DNA from: Candidatus Latescibacterota bacterium
Lineage (GTDB): Bacteria; Latescibacterota; UBA2968
Assembly (NCBI GenBank): GCA_965204375.1
Contig: OZ241986.1
Coordinates: 864,001 to 928,000 of the forward strand
DNA: 64,000 nucleotides
Reading direction: 5' to 3'
In this document: piece after piece, positions 40,801 through 51,182 of the stretch
Layout: each line of letters starts with the position of its first letter
Numbering within the stretch: the first letter of the stretch is position 1
The notes under the pieces: generated by a model
What the model was told of the DNA's origin: nothing
Seen by the model: only the letters and a program-made list of their open reading frames with translations
Databases searched by the model: none
Translations under genes and position numbers: made by a program

Positions 40801-40990
40801 GATAGCCCACACTGACCGAGACGATATCCAGTTCATACTGCGGATAGACCTCCTTCTGGATATGAAAAGCCGTCCAGATCCCGCCTCCAACGAGGATGAC
40901 CATAAACAGATTGGCCGCAATAGCATTGCGCGCCATCCAGGCAATCGGACCTCGTGCTTCTTCAAATGTATCCTGTGTCTCATTCATCAC
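37856..40990 (-). CDS. RND efflux permease (AcrB/AcrD/AcrF family)
   Basis: 1044 aa, [28 protein letters not shown]. Confidence 0.95.
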   Translation of the reverse strand: MMNETQDTFEEARGPIAWMARNAIAANLFMVILVGGGIWTAFHIQKEVYPQYELDIVSVSVGYPGAAPAEVEQGILQPIEEAVRGVQGIKEMSSQAREGRGSVTIELVAGTNRGKAFQDIDQAVNRIRTFPDDIEQPEVSLRAQQRNVMDIGLYGDVDIGTLRSLAEQLRDRLLSDPTITQVELGNVPEYRTHIEIPQHRLREYGLTLRDVARVIVSSSEDIPAGSVDTGTGEILLRMKERKQWADEYSRIVIIPSEGGGGVTLADLAKITDGFEEGGFHERFNRQLTVGVDIYRIGNQSPLEIAEAVKNIMADFETTLLPGVKYRIDSNSAEDYKDRLFLLIENGMLAVVIVLLILAMFLEFRLAFWVMMGMAISFIGGLVFLPAIDVSINMVSMFAFLVVLGIVVDDAIVVGENVHEYRERGMSPMQAAIAGTHDIARPVTFSILTTIVAFLPLLFMPGTTGKFWWPLPAVVITVLAVSLLEALFILPAHLGHLSKRAVSPVSGTAHRWQQSIANHFNRFIDQHYRRFLDVCIRHRYVTIASAVALLMVVGGYGYSDHMGMIMMPEVSADEIEAGIRLPVGTTQDQAARVAHDVTESTHRMFETHNLYRVAEGIKTNVRGGSFIDVEIVMKPPDEHDMTTGEIISLWRDNIGDIDGVSQITFEAESGPGGWQQDISVDLSHSDIDVLAKASRAFLERAEGFEETHDVSDNYNKGKAQFDFVLRPEGRNLGLTAVEVGRQLRDAFYGALAMRQLRGTNEIEMRVKLPMAERKDIRHLEEFVVRTPEGTEVPLMDVVDIERGEAFTSINRRDGRRVVTVSMDVEPKRAMTRVMEAINTDVLPQIRAEYPGLTWTFQGTQAEMRESTQALWGGFVMAMAIVYMLLAIAFGSYVQPLIVMVAIPFGIVGAVIGHILLGYDLSLISLMGVIALSGVVVNDSLIMIDYANKRRAHCSAFEAIHTAGLRRFKPIILTTLTTFGGLTPIILETSRQAYYLIPMAISLGFGIVFATSIILLLVPCLYMILEDVVSLFTNARYSLSRSTDGF

Positions 40991-42186
40991 CGGGTGTCTC
41001 CCAGGGTTTTAGGATCTTCCTCTCCAACGCTTTTCACACGCAATTCTGCACCATCAGCGACTCGAGATAAATTGGTCGTAACCACCCGATCCTTATCCTG
41101 CAACCCATCCGATATATAAGCATAGTCGGCATCTTGAAAAACGATCTCAACAGACCTAATCCGCAACAGACCGTCTTTCATCACCCAGACCGTATTGCCA
41201 GCTCGGATATGATCGCGTGCCAGACGCACCACATTGGGAATTTCGTTGGCCTCAATATACGTCTCGACAAATGCGCCAATCATCAACGGAGACAGATGAT
41301 CAGATCCATCCTGATGAGCAAGCGGATCAGAAACAGAAACCAGTACCCGCGCCATGCGCGTTTTTTCTGCCAAAGCACCAATGAGTCTGTGAAGAGAGCC
41401 TGTGCGATAAGCACCTTTCTTTTTGGTCACACGATTGCGAATCTGTACCAACGATCCCTTTTCTGCCTCGCTGTTGGGAAAAGAAAGCCACGGGATTTTG
41501 GAAAGCGGAATGGTCGTCACCACCCAGTATGTATCCAGACCAACCAGACGCCCCAGATTATCGCGTGGAGAAACCAGAGACCCCACATTGGCATTGCGAC
41601 TTAAAATGTGCGCGTCAAAAGGCGCTTTAATGGTTGTTCTCTGCAATTCCAGTTCAGCCTGATTCACTGCCGCCTGCGCCGCTTCTACCCGTGCCCGAGC
41701 AGCATTGAGCTGAGGTTGGCGCAGCACAAGTGCCTCGAGCTCACCCGACAGCGTTTCATCTAAAATTTGATAATCTTTTTGCGCCACATTCTGCCGTCCC
41801 ATCTCAATATTCAAATCAGCAGTGGCACGACGCAGATCGCTCTTTTTTTGCAAAAGTACATTCTGATAATCTGCCGGATCAATCTGCAACAGTACCTGAC
41901 CTTTTTTGACAAACCCACCCGGCGTAAAAGTCGATGACAGCGAAAGTACACGTCCACCGACTTGTGGACTCAAGATGATATCCTGTTCTGCTTCAACCGT
42001 CCCCGTCGCCACAATCACAGGGCGATACGTACCGCGTTGCACCTCCACCACATCAACGAGCATCGCGGTTTTCTTAGTCGCCGCAACGCGCGTCGCCGTA
42101 GGCTCCGTCATAAAAATCAGCGCAGTAACACCTGCACCCACAATCAAAATACAAAAACAAATAATCAGAGCTTTTTTGCTATTCAC
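40987..42186 (-). CDS. RND periplasmic adaptor (MFP) subunit
   Basis: PQVGGRV, GQVL..ID, I.APFD lipoyl halves. Confidence 0.92.
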   Translation of the reverse strand: MNSKKALIICFCILIVGAGVTALIFMTEPTATRVAATKKTAMLVDVVEVQRGTYRPVIVATGTVEAEQDIILSPQVGGRVLSLSSTFTPGGFVKKGQVLLQIDPADYQNVLLQKKSDLRRATADLNIEMGRQNVAQKDYQILDETLSGELEALVLRQPQLNAARARVEAAQAAVNQAELELQRTTIKAPFDAHILSRNANVGSLVSPRDNLGRLVGLDTYWVVTTIPLSKIPWLSFPNSEAEKGSLVQIRNRVTKKKGAYRTGSLHRLIGALAEKTRMARVLVSVSDPLAHQDGSDHLSPLMIGAFVETYIEANEIPNVVRLARDHIRAGNTVWVMKDGLLRIRSVEIVFQDADYAYISDGLQDKDRVVTTNLSRVADGAELRVKSVGEEDPKTLGDTR

Positions 42187-42212
42187 GTTATGCCTATCCG
42201 TTTAATGATTTA

Positions 42213-43592
42213 TCAACGCCTGTTAAACGTACGAGCAATTTCAAAACCACCTGCGAGTGCCCGATAAAGCGCAATGCGGTATTCCAGCAAATCGAGTTTC
42301 GCAGAGATCAACGCTCGCCGGAGCCTCTGTTCGTTTGTCAGCGCGGTAAGTACGTCGAGATAATCGCTGATGCCATTTAAATACTCCAGCCTCAACTGAT
42401 CATACGTCTGCCTCACCAGATCGACCTGCGTTTCGAGACTCGCGATGCGTTCAACCTGTTTTTGTTCTTGAACCAATGCATTTTCCACTTCGGCAAATGC
42501 CGTCAAAACCGTCTGCCCATAAGCCGAAAGTTGTGCGCTTTTGTTGGCTTTATTGCGCTTGATTTCTGCCCCCCGTTCACCACCATCGATAACAGGCAGC
42601 AAAAGATTGCCTATCAGATTGCCCACCCAATCTTTAAACAGACCACCGCGATCATCACCCGATGCCAATGCCGTCAGGCTCAAACGCGGATACCGATTGC
42701 TGATAGCGACCGCCACATCGCGATCCGCCGCCAGCAGCAGGTTATAAGCCCTTTTGACATCTGGACGTCGCTGAATCAACTCAACGGGCAAACCCGTATC
42801 TGGCAGCGGTGGCAGATCTGGCAAAGCGCGATGCGTATAGGCAATGCCATTCTGAGGGGCATAACCCAACAAAATAGCGAGTTGGTGTTCCAACACTTCG
42901 ATTCTGGATTCTGTCGCGATTTTTTGTTCGCGTGTGGATTCGAGCAATTGCATTTGTCGCAAGATATCCACACTGCGAATCTGCCCACTGCCAAAACGCG
43001 CTCGAATCAGACTCAGCACTTGCTGATTGGTCTCGATCTGATGCTCAAAAAGTTCGTGCTGACTTTGCGCTTCCATCAATTGAAGATAAGTACGCACGAC
43101 CTCTGCAGAAAGCGACAATGCCACAGTCTGATAATCCGCCTCAGTCGCCCGTGCGCGATAACGCGCGGCATCCACACCCGAGCGAATCTGCCCCCACAGA
43201 TCTATTTCGTATTCAGACGTGATGCCCAAACGGATTTGCGCATTATTTTCAGAATCTGGACGCTGAACCTCACCGCGCCCGGATACGTCCAGCGTTGGAA
43301 ACCGACCAGCCCCTTCGCGATCCACAACAGCCTGTGCACTTCGCAACCGATGCCACGCCGTCTCCAAGCTGAAATTGGACTGCAATGCGCGATCGACAAG
43401 GCTGTCCATACGCGCATCTCCAAAAGCGGTCCACCACCGTTCAGAAAGCGCCTGTGAGGCATGAGTGGAAAAAGCTTTGGGAGGTTCAAAAGGAAGGGTG
43501 AGATTTGCAGACCTGGGCGAACACCCAAAAACAAATACGGACCAGATCAAAAGAAATGAGCGAACATATAGCATGTGTGAGATAATTCCCAA
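42213..43592 (-). CDS. RND outer membrane lipoprotein (NodT/TolC family)
   Basis: Lipobox VFGC, WW..FGD, YEIDLWG, RRPDV, LYRALAGG. Confidence 0.92.
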   Translation of the reverse strand: MGIISHMLYVRSFLLIWSVFVFGCSPRSANLTLPFEPPKAFSTHASQALSERWWTAFGDARMDSLVDRALQSNFSLETAWHRLRSAQAVVDREGAGRFPTLDVSGRGEVQRPDSENNAQIRLGITSEYEIDLWGQIRSGVDAARYRARATEADYQTVALSLSAEVVRTYLQLMEAQSQHELFEHQIETNQQVLSLIRARFGSGQIRSVDILRQMQLLESTREQKIATESRIEVLEHQLAILLGYAPQNGIAYTHRALPDLPPLPDTGLPVELIQRRPDVKRAYNLLLAADRDVAVAISNRYPRLSLTALASGDDRGGLFKDWVGNLIGNLLLPVIDGGERGAEIKRNKANKSAQLSAYGQTVLTAFAEVENALVQEQKQVERIASLETQVDLVRQTYDQLRLEYLNGISDYLDVLTALTNEQRLRRALISAKLDLLEYRIALYRALAGGFEIARTFNRR

Positions 43593-43621
43593 ATGATAGC
43601 CTGTAATGTAAACCCCACAAT

Positions 43622-43650
43622 ATAATAACCAAATAGAATTATGGAATCAA
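43622..43650 (-). promoter_or_regulatory. Sigma70-like promoter of the RND operon
   Basis: TTGATT-17 bp-TATTAT on the - strand. Confidence 0.4.
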
Positions 43651-43687
43651 GTAACCACTTACTTATTTATCCGCACTTGGAGCGGTT

Positions 43688-44776
43688 TTACCTGGCCAGG
43701 CCTCGCTCGACCTTCTGCTCAAATTCGCGCATCTGATCCGCCCCATCTAACACGCCGATTTCCATGTTGAACTCACGCACTTCGCCCGGTTCAATGTACT
43801 GCAAGGTCCCGTGCTTGCGGTTCCAGGCGCGACCGAGTACCGAGCAGTTGCCCGGCTCAATACCGGTGACGTAGGTGCCTTTGTGAAAGTGCTGCCATTG
43901 GTTGACGATGGGGATCTCGCTGTGCTTGAACTGCCAATACAATCCCAGGCCGAGTTTTTCGTTGAGCAGGCCGATGTGGACGCGTCCCCGGCGGTCGGTG
44001 TGGGGCCGATGCACGTACACATCGTCGTGGGCGTGCGGTTGGGGCCCTTTGGCCACGGTGTAGTCCTCGGGGCCGACGGGGCGGTCCTCGGTCCACTCGG
44101 TGCTCTCGCGGCTGTGGAGAACGAGGCGCGTGCCTTCGTCGAGGAGGGGGAAGCCGGGGTTGCAGTGATACACAAACATGAGGGGCGAACGGTCAACGGC
44201 GAGGTTTTCGATGCGGTCGCGGATGTGGATGCTCCGCTCGCCGAGGACGGTCGAAATCTCGCGCGACAGTTCTAAATTCTCGGCAAAGACCTCGGCCTGG
44301 CGCATTTGACCGCGGATGCGCACGGCGTAATCCGATCCTTCCCAGCCCGCCTCAATGCCGACGTTCTTCGCCGGTATGTACGAGAGGCGACCGTGCAGTG
44401 GCATCTCGGTGTTTTCTTCTTCGGGATCGACTTCCGGGTGGCCGACAAAGTCGAGGCCGCAAGAGGTTACCAGCCCGCCGAACCAGCCGCGTCCCCATTT
44501 GAAGCCCTCTGGCTCGTAGAAGGCCGGCCCGACGTCTCCGGGTCCGGAACGAAAGCACAGCGACTGGCCCTTGTAGTGGGCTGAGGCAATGTCGAGGGCG
44601 CGGCCGGGCAAGACGGAAAACCCCAGGCCCGAAGCGTTGAATACGTCGATGAGGTCGGCACCGCGCTCGAATCCTTCGCTGTGCTCGGCGCGGCGGGCGT
44701 GCATGAGTTGGCTGATGTCGCCGACGCGGTTGAGGAGTTGGCGGCGAGTGAAGGTGCGGCCGAAGAGTCTGGGCAT
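43688..44776 (-). CDS. Aldose 1-epimerase family protein (DUF4432)
   Basis: GRALDI, TSCGL, LHGR, YHCN.GFP, YVTGIEP. Confidence 0.85.
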   Translation of the reverse strand: MPRLFGRTFTRRQLLNRVGDISQLMHARRAEHSEGFERGADLIDVFNASGLGFSVLPGRALDIASAHYKGQSLCFRSGPGDVGPAFYEPEGFKWGRGWFGGLVTSCGLDFVGHPEVDPEEENTEMPLHGRLSYIPAKNVGIEAGWEGSDYAVRIRGQMRQAEVFAENLELSREISTVLGERSIHIRDRIENLAVDRSPLMFVYHCNPGFPLLDEGTRLVLHSRESTEWTEDRPVGPEDYTVAKGPQPHAHDDVYVHRPHTDRRGRVHIGLLNEKLGLGLYWQFKHSEIPIVNQWQHFHKGTYVTGIEPGNCSVLGRAWNRKHGTLQYIEPGEVREFNMEIGVLDGADQMREFEQKVERGLAR

Positions 44777-44809
44777 GGGGAATCTCCTGTAACAAATGCT
44801 GATCGGTTG

Positions 44810-45631
44810 TTAATGATCAAGGATCTGAAATTCGACCTGAATCGGTTTGTGGTCGGATGGATAAACGCCGTCGATATTGTAGTCAACGACCTCATACGAG
44901 CGGACCTCAACGTCCCCTCTGAACAAAATCCAGTCGATGCCGTTGCCGCCTTCTATGCTGTCTGTCAGTACGCCAGGCTCTCCTTTATCCCCGACAAATG
45001 TTCTATAGACATCGCTCCCCGGTCTTGCGTTGAAATCTGCCAACAGAAATACAGGGCGGGGTCTGGTCCACTCACCAAACCGGTCGAGCGCACGGACCCG
45101 CTCGACAATTAGTCTTGCACTATTCAGCCTTGCCAGAGCCATTCCCTCGCCTGGGGCCAGATGCGTGTTGAAGACATACATCTCCTGAGTATTCTCCCAG
45201 TGCCCCCTGTAGTCCATTGGGTAGGGACTCGTTTCGTTAGCTGCCGGTCTGTTGATGATTGCGAGGCGGGCCCATGTGACCATACGAGGATTGCTATCAG
45301 GACCGCTACCGATGACTTCCGGCGTTTCCGATAGCTGAAAACTGCCCATTTCCCTGAGTCGAAATCTATCGCGCTTGAAGAAGATGGCCATATGCTCGTC
45401 ATCGTCTCCGCCTTTTCGACCTTCTCCGATGACCACGTATTCAGGCAAATGATCCATCAGATAGTCGATCTGTTCCTTTAAGCCTTCCTGGCTACCAATG
45501 ATGTCGGGACTGTGTTTGCGAATCAGTGCCACTTGCATATCGCGCCGCACTTCCCAGGGTGGCTCAAACTCGGGACTGGCATATTTCAGGTTGTAAGTCA
45601 TTAACTTGATTGTCTTTTCGATATTTGACAT
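44810..45631 (-). CDS. Endonuclease/exonuclease/phosphatase family protein
   Basis: MTYN, DIIG.QE, FNTH, DFN, IDWI, SDH.P. Confidence 0.9.
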   Translation of the reverse strand: MSNIEKTIKLMTYNLKYASPEFEPPWEVRRDMQVALIRKHSPDIIGSQEGLKEQIDYLMDHLPEYVVIGEGRKGGDDDEHMAIFFKRDRFRLREMGSFQLSETPEVIGSGPDSNPRMVTWARLAIINRPAANETSPYPMDYRGHWENTQEMYVFNTHLAPGEGMALARLNSARLIVERVRALDRFGEWTRPRPVFLLADFNARPGSDVYRTFVGDKGEPGVLTDSIEGGNGIDWILFRGDVEVRSYEVVDYNIDGVYPSDHKPIQVEFQILDH

Positions 45632-45639
45632 AGCGGCTT

Positions 45640-47748
45640 TTACCTCCCTTTGATCAGCACGGTGTCCATTGCCGGGACATCGATTGATCTGCCCGTCAGT
45701 TCCACGGACCTGGATACGGGTGTGAAGTTCGCAACGGCGATCACATCGCTGGTTCGGGACCGAAAGCGATAGGCTCTGACTCCGTCCTGGGCTGTTTGCA
45801 GTCTCTCCACGCCATGGCCTGTGCGGCGCGTTCCGGCACGACCCTGGCGTATGACACACGCGTAGTCACGGACGGTGCCACCGTTCACTCCGGGACGCAG
45901 GAATACGCGGTCCTGGAGTAGATTCCTCCACCGCTCAGGCGTATTTCTCTCCGAGGCATCTTCATACAGAAGTTGCTCGCCGGATGTCTCGATCCCCAGA
46001 CATCCCGCGATCTTGATCCAGGTTGATTCCGTTTCGATCACCCGTGCTCGTCCGCCGACGCCTCGTATGGTGCGCCGACTTCCTTCGAAGGAGACCGAGA
46101 CCCGGTTACCGTTCACAAAGTCGTTCATGATATAGACGCCAAATCCCTCGTTCAGGGAGAGCGCGACATCCGCGACGGTCCAGTCTATCACGAGCGAAGT
46201 TTCCCCGTCTTCGAGCGCGGCGACGGCGATAGATTGTCGAATTCGCCCGTCTGCGTATTCGATCATGCCCGTGGTCGTGAAGCCTTTCTCCGATGTGTGA
46301 TCGGTGTGGAAGAGCGGCGTGGGCTTCAGGCGCTCGCCGTTGATTTCGAAACGTCCAATGAAGGCGTCCTCGTCCGATCCCAGCGTGTCTTCTCCGCCGG
46401 CTGGCACGACCATTCCCATTACGCTGTGTGATAGGGATCGCCAGGCGAATGAGAACAGGCCCTGCTTGCTGCGGCGAACCTGTAGCCATACATAGGGATA
46501 GGCATCGGTTCCGATCTGCTCGCGTCTGAATTCCTCAACGGATATCGGCGAGATATCGGGTACGCCGGCAATCACGAGGGCGGCAAGGTGCCCCATGATG
46601 CCCGTTTCGAACTGGAAGTAGCGACCGCCAGCCGCGTGTGGCATTCGGGCGTTGAATCGGCCGTCTCCTGCGTCCCGCATTGACTCGTCCAGATATACGA
46701 GGTTCTGCCACAACATATGGCCTGCAAATCGGTCGCCGAATTCCTCGAACATGACGGCGTGTTGGTAGCTGATGTCGGGTTCGTGGTAGGTCCAGTCCTG
46801 TCCGGATGGGTAGGCCGTAAATCCGTTGTAGAGGAAGAAACGCCTGAGCACTTTCCAGGCATCGTGGACGCGGTGCAGGTAGTGGGGGGGAGGTGTCTTG
46901 CCCGTCAGTGTGAAGGCGAGGCGCCCCGTCATCAGGAGGACACCACAGCCGAGGTACCCCGGGTGGAAGGAGCCGTGGTTCTCCACGGTGAGGTCGGGGT
47001 GGGACGTTTGCGTGCAGATCCAGTCTTTCAGCGGGCGACCGTCGAAGAGCCGCGTATCGACCCGATCGAGGTCTGTGGTGAAGGTGTTGATGGCAAATAG
47101 CTTGCCTCGATACAGCCATTCGTCCGCGTGAGGGTGGTCGGGGAGGAGACAATGCGCCCAGGCGAGAAGATAGCTGTCCCACGCATTTTCCTCCTCCTTT
47201 GTGTCGTGCCAGCGGCCATCCGGGGGATCGACCCCGAGGAATCGGTCCGCTTCGAAGGCGAGTACGCGATGCACGGCTTCGAGTACGTCCGGTGCCAGTT
47301 CGTTCGCAACGTGGTTGGCTGCCATTGCGATGTCCGCGATCCAGAGGGACGATTCCCAATCGTCGCCCCATTGGCCATTCCATTCGAATGGCTCCGTTCT
47401 TCGCGGTCCGCTCAGGTGGTGTGCGCAGATCCAGCGGAGACACCGGTTTAATCGGTCGAGCAGGACGGGTTTTTCCATTCCGGCGAGTGTCGGATCGAAG
47501 AATGCACTTTGATGGAGGGCCGCGTAGCCTCGAAGTTCATCGCCCAGAGATCGGATGATCATTTCGTTGATCGGTCCGCCCGGGGGTTGAAACTCGTTCA
47601 CATCGAGGGTTCCGAAGTAGCCATGCGCGTCATCATCATCGACCCAGTACTGCTCGATGTAGGGAATGTGCCTGCACATCAGGTGAACGAGGTCGGCCTC
47701 GGATGGAAAAGTCGGTGCGTTCGTGTCGAGTGGGGGGTAGTCGATCAT
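45640..47748 (-). CDS. Hypothetical 702-aa protein, possible alpha/alpha toroid plus beta-sandwich (lyase-like)
   Basis: WG.DWES.LW, DT..EENAW, ENHG.FHP.Y, YP.G.DW; ATGA-coupled to the small upstream ORF. Confidence 0.65.
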   Translation of the reverse strand: MIDYPPLDTNAPTFPSEADLVHLMCRHIPYIEQYWVDDDDAHGYFGTLDVNEFQPPGGPINEMIIRSLGDELRGYAALHQSAFFDPTLAGMEKPVLLDRLNRCLRWICAHHLSGPRRTEPFEWNGQWGDDWESSLWIADIAMAANHVANELAPDVLEAVHRVLAFEADRFLGVDPPDGRWHDTKEEENAWDSYLLAWAHCLLPDHPHADEWLYRGKLFAINTFTTDLDRVDTRLFDGRPLKDWICTQTSHPDLTVENHGSFHPGYLGCGVLLMTGRLAFTLTGKTPPPHYLHRVHDAWKVLRRFFLYNGFTAYPSGQDWTYHEPDISYQHAVMFEEFGDRFAGHMLWQNLVYLDESMRDAGDGRFNARMPHAAGGRYFQFETGIMGHLAALVIAGVPDISPISVEEFRREQIGTDAYPYVWLQVRRSKQGLFSFAWRSLSHSVMGMVVPAGGEDTLGSDEDAFIGRFEINGERLKPTPLFHTDHTSEKGFTTTGMIEYADGRIRQSIAVAALEDGETSLVIDWTVADVALSLNEGFGVYIMNDFVNGNRVSVSFEGSRRTIRGVGGRARVIETESTWIKIAGCLGIETSGEQLLYEDASERNTPERWRNLLQDRVFLRPGVNGGTVRDYACVIRQGRAGTRRTGHGVERLQTAQDGVRAYRFRSRTSDVIAVANFTPVSRSVELTGRSIDVPAMDTVLIKGR

Positions 47749-47984
47749 GCGGACGCTCCCGGCTCTACAGTTTCGTGTGGTTCGTCGCATCGGAAAACGA
47801 CGAGTTTGCCGCCGTCGATGCGGTTTTTCACGTCTCGCACGAATTCACGGGCGAGATTGGTATCGTAGAGTACCAGAGCGCCCGGTGACTGTGTGTGTGT
47901 GCGGAGTCGCTCTGATTTTTCGCTCCAGGTCGATTGAAGCGCGTCGGATGCATCTCCTTCTGCGATAAGTATGACGTATGCCAT
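47745..47984 (-). CDS. Small hypothetical protein (79 aa)
   Basis: RBS AAAGGGAGG before ATG 47984; stop overlaps next ATG. Confidence 0.5.
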   Translation of the reverse strand: MAYVILIAEGDASDALQSTWSEKSERLRTHTQSPGALVLYDTNLAREFVRDVKNRIDGGKLVVFRCDEPHETVEPGASA

Positions 47985-47999
47985 GAGGTCCCTCCCTTT

Positions 48000-48286
48000 T
48001 GTCGGCATGCTTCGAGTTGCGCAGGCTGATCGATGATCTCCTCGGCGATCGGATCGGGAAACCGATTCTCGGCTGTCGGTGTTCCCTCTTGCCATCGGCG
48101 TTCCGTTCTGACGAAGATATCGCTGCCCTGGTACCGGACCTCGTGGGGAACTGTCACGCGTTCGAAGATGCGGTCGGACCATGTCTTGAGCCTGTCCAGC
48201 AGATCCTTATCCATGACACCAGGTACGATGGTGTAGCTCGACTCGACCAACTCCCGCCGCTTTGTCAGCGACTGCTCTCTCGTCAT
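48000..48286 (-). pseudogene. N-terminal third of a PhyH family gene
   Basis: RELVESSYTIVPGVMDKDLLDRLK is a PhyH start; breaks at ~aa 96 before any HxD and runs into the next RBS. Confidence 0.65.
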
Positions 48287-48324
48287 GTCTCAATCCTTTC
48301 GGTTATCAGGGATATTATACCTAA

Positions 48325-48447
48325 TTATGCGAGCTTTTGTTCAAAAAATACGTCGGTTGCATGATGAATCAAAAACATGGCAGCAGGCTCGTTAAAAGTC
48401 AGTTGGTAGTCAACGCCATCGAGCGTATCTTCAATGAGCCGTCTTCG
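48325..48447 (-). pseudogene. 3' remnant of a lost gene
   Basis: RRRLIEDTLDGVDYQLTFNEPAAMFLIHHATDVFFEQKLA*, protein-like with no start. Confidence 0.45.
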
Positions 48448-48466
48448 GCCATTGAGGAGGTCAACT

Positions 48467-50320
48467 ATGGTAGCGGATACAGAACTCCGCAAACAGCACC
48501 AGCGTGGTGCGATCCTTCGAGATCGTATGCGGAAGGCATTTGATATGGCGTACGACACGGACGCTGCGCTGATCGTCCGCAGGAACCCGTTCTTTCCCCG
48601 TTTCAACGGCCACACCGTCGCCCAGCAATCCCTGGACTACGCCATCCTCCTGCTTCTGTCCGATGACCGCACCTACGGGACGGACGATGCCGGTGAGGCC
48701 AACCGAATCATTCGCCGAATCCTAAATCACCAGGACCTGCGACCGAAGTCCGAGACCTTCGGCAATTTCTTCTGGATGACCCACTGGGACCGGGTCAAAG
48801 ACAAGAACGCCGTCTCCTTCCTCACGATCGGCCTGGTCTTCACGTACGTCAACTTCCAGGACAAGTTGGAGGATGACACGAAGGCTGCGCTCGAACGCGC
48901 CTTTCCAAACGTGTTGCTCGGCATCCGTGACCACAAAGTCCGATGGCAGTACACCAACATCTACTTTCTCAACCTCGGCGGCCTGGCCGGTCTTGCCCGT
49001 GTGCTGGACGATCCATCGATCCACGCCGAAGCGGTGGCCGACTTCAACACCTGGGTCGAAGGCACTTCGGAAGACGGCTTCCACGAATTCAACAGCCCGA
49101 CGTACACACCCGTCACGCTCTCAGGTATGGAAGCGGCGTGGGCGTACACGTCAGATGACGAGTTCAAAGACAGACTGCGGCGCACCATGGATTTAATCAC
49201 CTATCAGATGGCGCTCAATCTGATGCCCGGTGGATTTCTGGCGGGTGCTGCCGCAAGGGCTTACCAGGGAGATGTGCTGAATGGTTCAATCGGGGCTGCT
49301 TCGTATGCCCACATTAAATTCGGCACCCCTGCTCCGGCCGAGCCTGCGGTCCTGATGCCGAGCCTGTTCGACTACGTATCGCCGGAATCTGTTCGGTCTC
49401 TGGCGAACGAGATGGCGGATGGAGCCGAAATACTCGATCGGGGAATCTCGCTGGGTAGTCGACGAACCCACGTCATTACGCGGGCTTACGGGCTGGCATC
49501 TCAGAGTTTACAATCTGTGGGCGGCCACTCGCCTCCATCGTATATCCTGCTGGTCCGGAACAGCAAGGCCCCGAGACCCAGTGTCCCGTTCCTTCCGGAC
49601 GAATCCTTTACGCATCAGCCGTGTGCCACATTCCTGTCGCGTCAGAACGGCAGTCAGGTGATCGGCAGACTGTACTACGATCTGCAGGAGGAGCAACGAA
49701 GCAAGTTTCTGGACGATCCTACGTTCATTTGTGAACCTCGCGTCCTGTTCGGGCTGAGGGACCAGATCGAGTCCGTTCGCATCGGCAATGTGGATTGGGG
49801 CGGAAAACCCGTGAGCCTTTTGCCAGGGCAATCCGTGGCTGTTTCCTATGGAGACATCTACCTGGGTGTTGTCGTCCTGCTGATAGACTGCGACGGTCAA
49901 GCGATTCGTAGCCGTGCGATGCTGGCCTATGGCGAAGATGGTGAACTGCGCCTGCGAGTCAGACTCCATGGGGGAGAGGATGTGCAGCAGGAAGATAACC
50001 CACTCGTCGCTCTGCTCTACGTCGATGTTCAGGTTCCCGAGGAGAGACATCCGTTCGAGACATTTGCCAACCAGTTGTTGGGCTGGCAGCTTTCCGACCA
50101 GAGCGACGGAGAGACGGTCTCCTTCTTGGCCGAGCACGAAGATGGCGCAACCATCGCCTATCCCTACACAGAGGCGGATCCGGATCCGATGGGCGATGTT
50201 CTGCACCTATCGCCCGGGCTTGCGCTCCAGCCGGGAGACTTTGTCAAGCTGGTGAACGGGGAGAAGCCTTTGCTCTTCGACTCTGCACAGCAAAACCGGC
50301 TTCTTCGAGAAGGTGTATGA
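48467..50320 (+). CDS. Hypothetical protein with heparinase/lyase-like alpha/alpha N-domain, inverted relative to the array
   Basis: RBS GAGGAGG before ATG 48467; GNF.W, D.NA..F, YTNI, EFNSPTY, AG...RAY. Confidence 0.75.
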   Translation: MVADTELRKQHQRGAILRDRMRKAFDMAYDTDAALIVRRNPFFPRFNGHTVAQQSLDYAILLLLSDDRTYGTDDAGEANRIIRRILNHQDLRPKSETFGNFFWMTHWDRVKDKNAVSFLTIGLVFTYVNFQDKLEDDTKAALERAFPNVLLGIRDHKVRWQYTNIYFLNLGGLAGLARVLDDPSIHAEAVADFNTWVEGTSEDGFHEFNSPTYTPVTLSGMEAAWAYTSDDEFKDRLRRTMDLITYQMALNLMPGGFLAGAAARAYQGDVLNGSIGAASYAHIKFGTPAPAEPAVLMPSLFDYVSPESVRSLANEMADGAEILDRGISLGSRRTHVITRAYGLASQSLQSVGGHSPPSYILLVRNSKAPRPSVPFLPDESFTHQPCATFLSRQNGSQVIGRLYYDLQEEQRSKFLDDPTFICEPRVLFGLRDQIESVRIGNVDWGGKPVSLLPGQSVAVSYGDIYLGVVVLLIDCDGQAIRSRAMLAYGEDGELRLRVRLHGGEDVQQEDNPLVALLYVDVQVPEERHPFETFANQLLGWQLSDQSDGETVSFLAEHEDGATIAYPYTEADPDPMGDVLHLSPGLALQPGDFVKLVNGEKPLLFDSAQQNRLLREGV

Positions 50321-51131
50321 TTCGGTTAGTAGCTTTAATGTAGTTCTCTCGGCCGGAGACGTGGAATTTCTGAGAATGAAGCAAGTGTGGCTCTACGGTG
50401 ATACAGCCCGAGTAGTTCATTTGACAGAGGCGTTTGAAGATTTCAGGATATCCGCATTTTCCGTCGCCGGCAATGCAGTAGGTGCTGGTGTCGCCAGGTT
50501 CTCGAATGTCTTTGACGTGGACATTGGTGATGTAATCTTTCAGGTTTTCAAAAATGTCGATTCCAACTTCGCCGTGTGCACCAAAGTTGCCGGGGTCAAA
50601 GTTGAGTCGGAAATTCGGAGAATTAACAGCTTGAAGTGCTTTTAAACATTCGGAGGCGGTGCAGACAGCTGACGTTTTGTTGGGTGGATTTTCGAGTATA
50701 AGGGTTTTATTTCCCGCGGCAGCTATTTCGGTCATTGCGGTGTACATTTCAATGGCGATTGCAAACCAGTCGGTTCCTGCGTCGCCTTTTTTATAACCCA
50801 TCGTACGCAGTTGGGTTGTGCCAACGTAGTCGGCACGTTGAACGGCGCGGGTGATGTGCGATATGTCCTGTGCGCGATTGGCTTCGTCGGGTACTGTGCG
50901 GCCCACCTGACCGAGATAAGTGGTGACGGTAAAATCCCGTTCTTTGACACGGTCTGCGACACGGATGAACGTGTCGTCATTCATCTGATCGACCATTTCA
51001 CCATAGGCCGCACGCAGTTCAATAAATTTGATGCCAAGTTCATCAAGCACATCCAAACCTTCATCCAGATCCCACGATGGACTGGGTTCGTCGTTAACAC
51101 CGGCAATGCAGACGGTTGGCGTTGTATTCAT
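50244..51131 (-). CDS. Sugar phosphate isomerase/epimerase
   Basis: NDE, IELR, LILEN, NFDPGN, HVKD, TVEPH. Confidence 0.85.
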   Translation of the reverse strand: MNTTPTVCIAGVNDEPSPSWDLDEGLDVLDELGIKFIELRAAYGEMVDQMNDDTFIRVADRVKERDFTVTTYLGQVGRTVPDEANRAQDISHITRAVQRADYVGTTQLRTMGYKKGDAGTDWFAIAIEMYTAMTEIAAAGNKTLILENPPNKTSAVCTASECLKALQAVNSPNFRLNFDPGNFGAHGEVGIDIFENLKDYITNVHVKDIREPGDTSTYCIAGDGKCGYPEIFKRLCQMNYSGCITVEPHLLHSQKFHVSGRENYIKATNRIIHLLEEAGFAVQSRRAKASPRSPA

Positions 51132-51146
51132 AAAAACCTTCTTGGA

Positions 51147-51182
51147 TTAATTTTTGAGGTCAGCAGCGTCTTCAGCAATCCA
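51147..51182 (-). pseudogene. 3' remnant of a paralog of PhyH 59247..60089
   Basis: WIAEDAADLKN* versus WIAEDAAALKE* at the end of 59247..60089. Confidence 0.8.
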
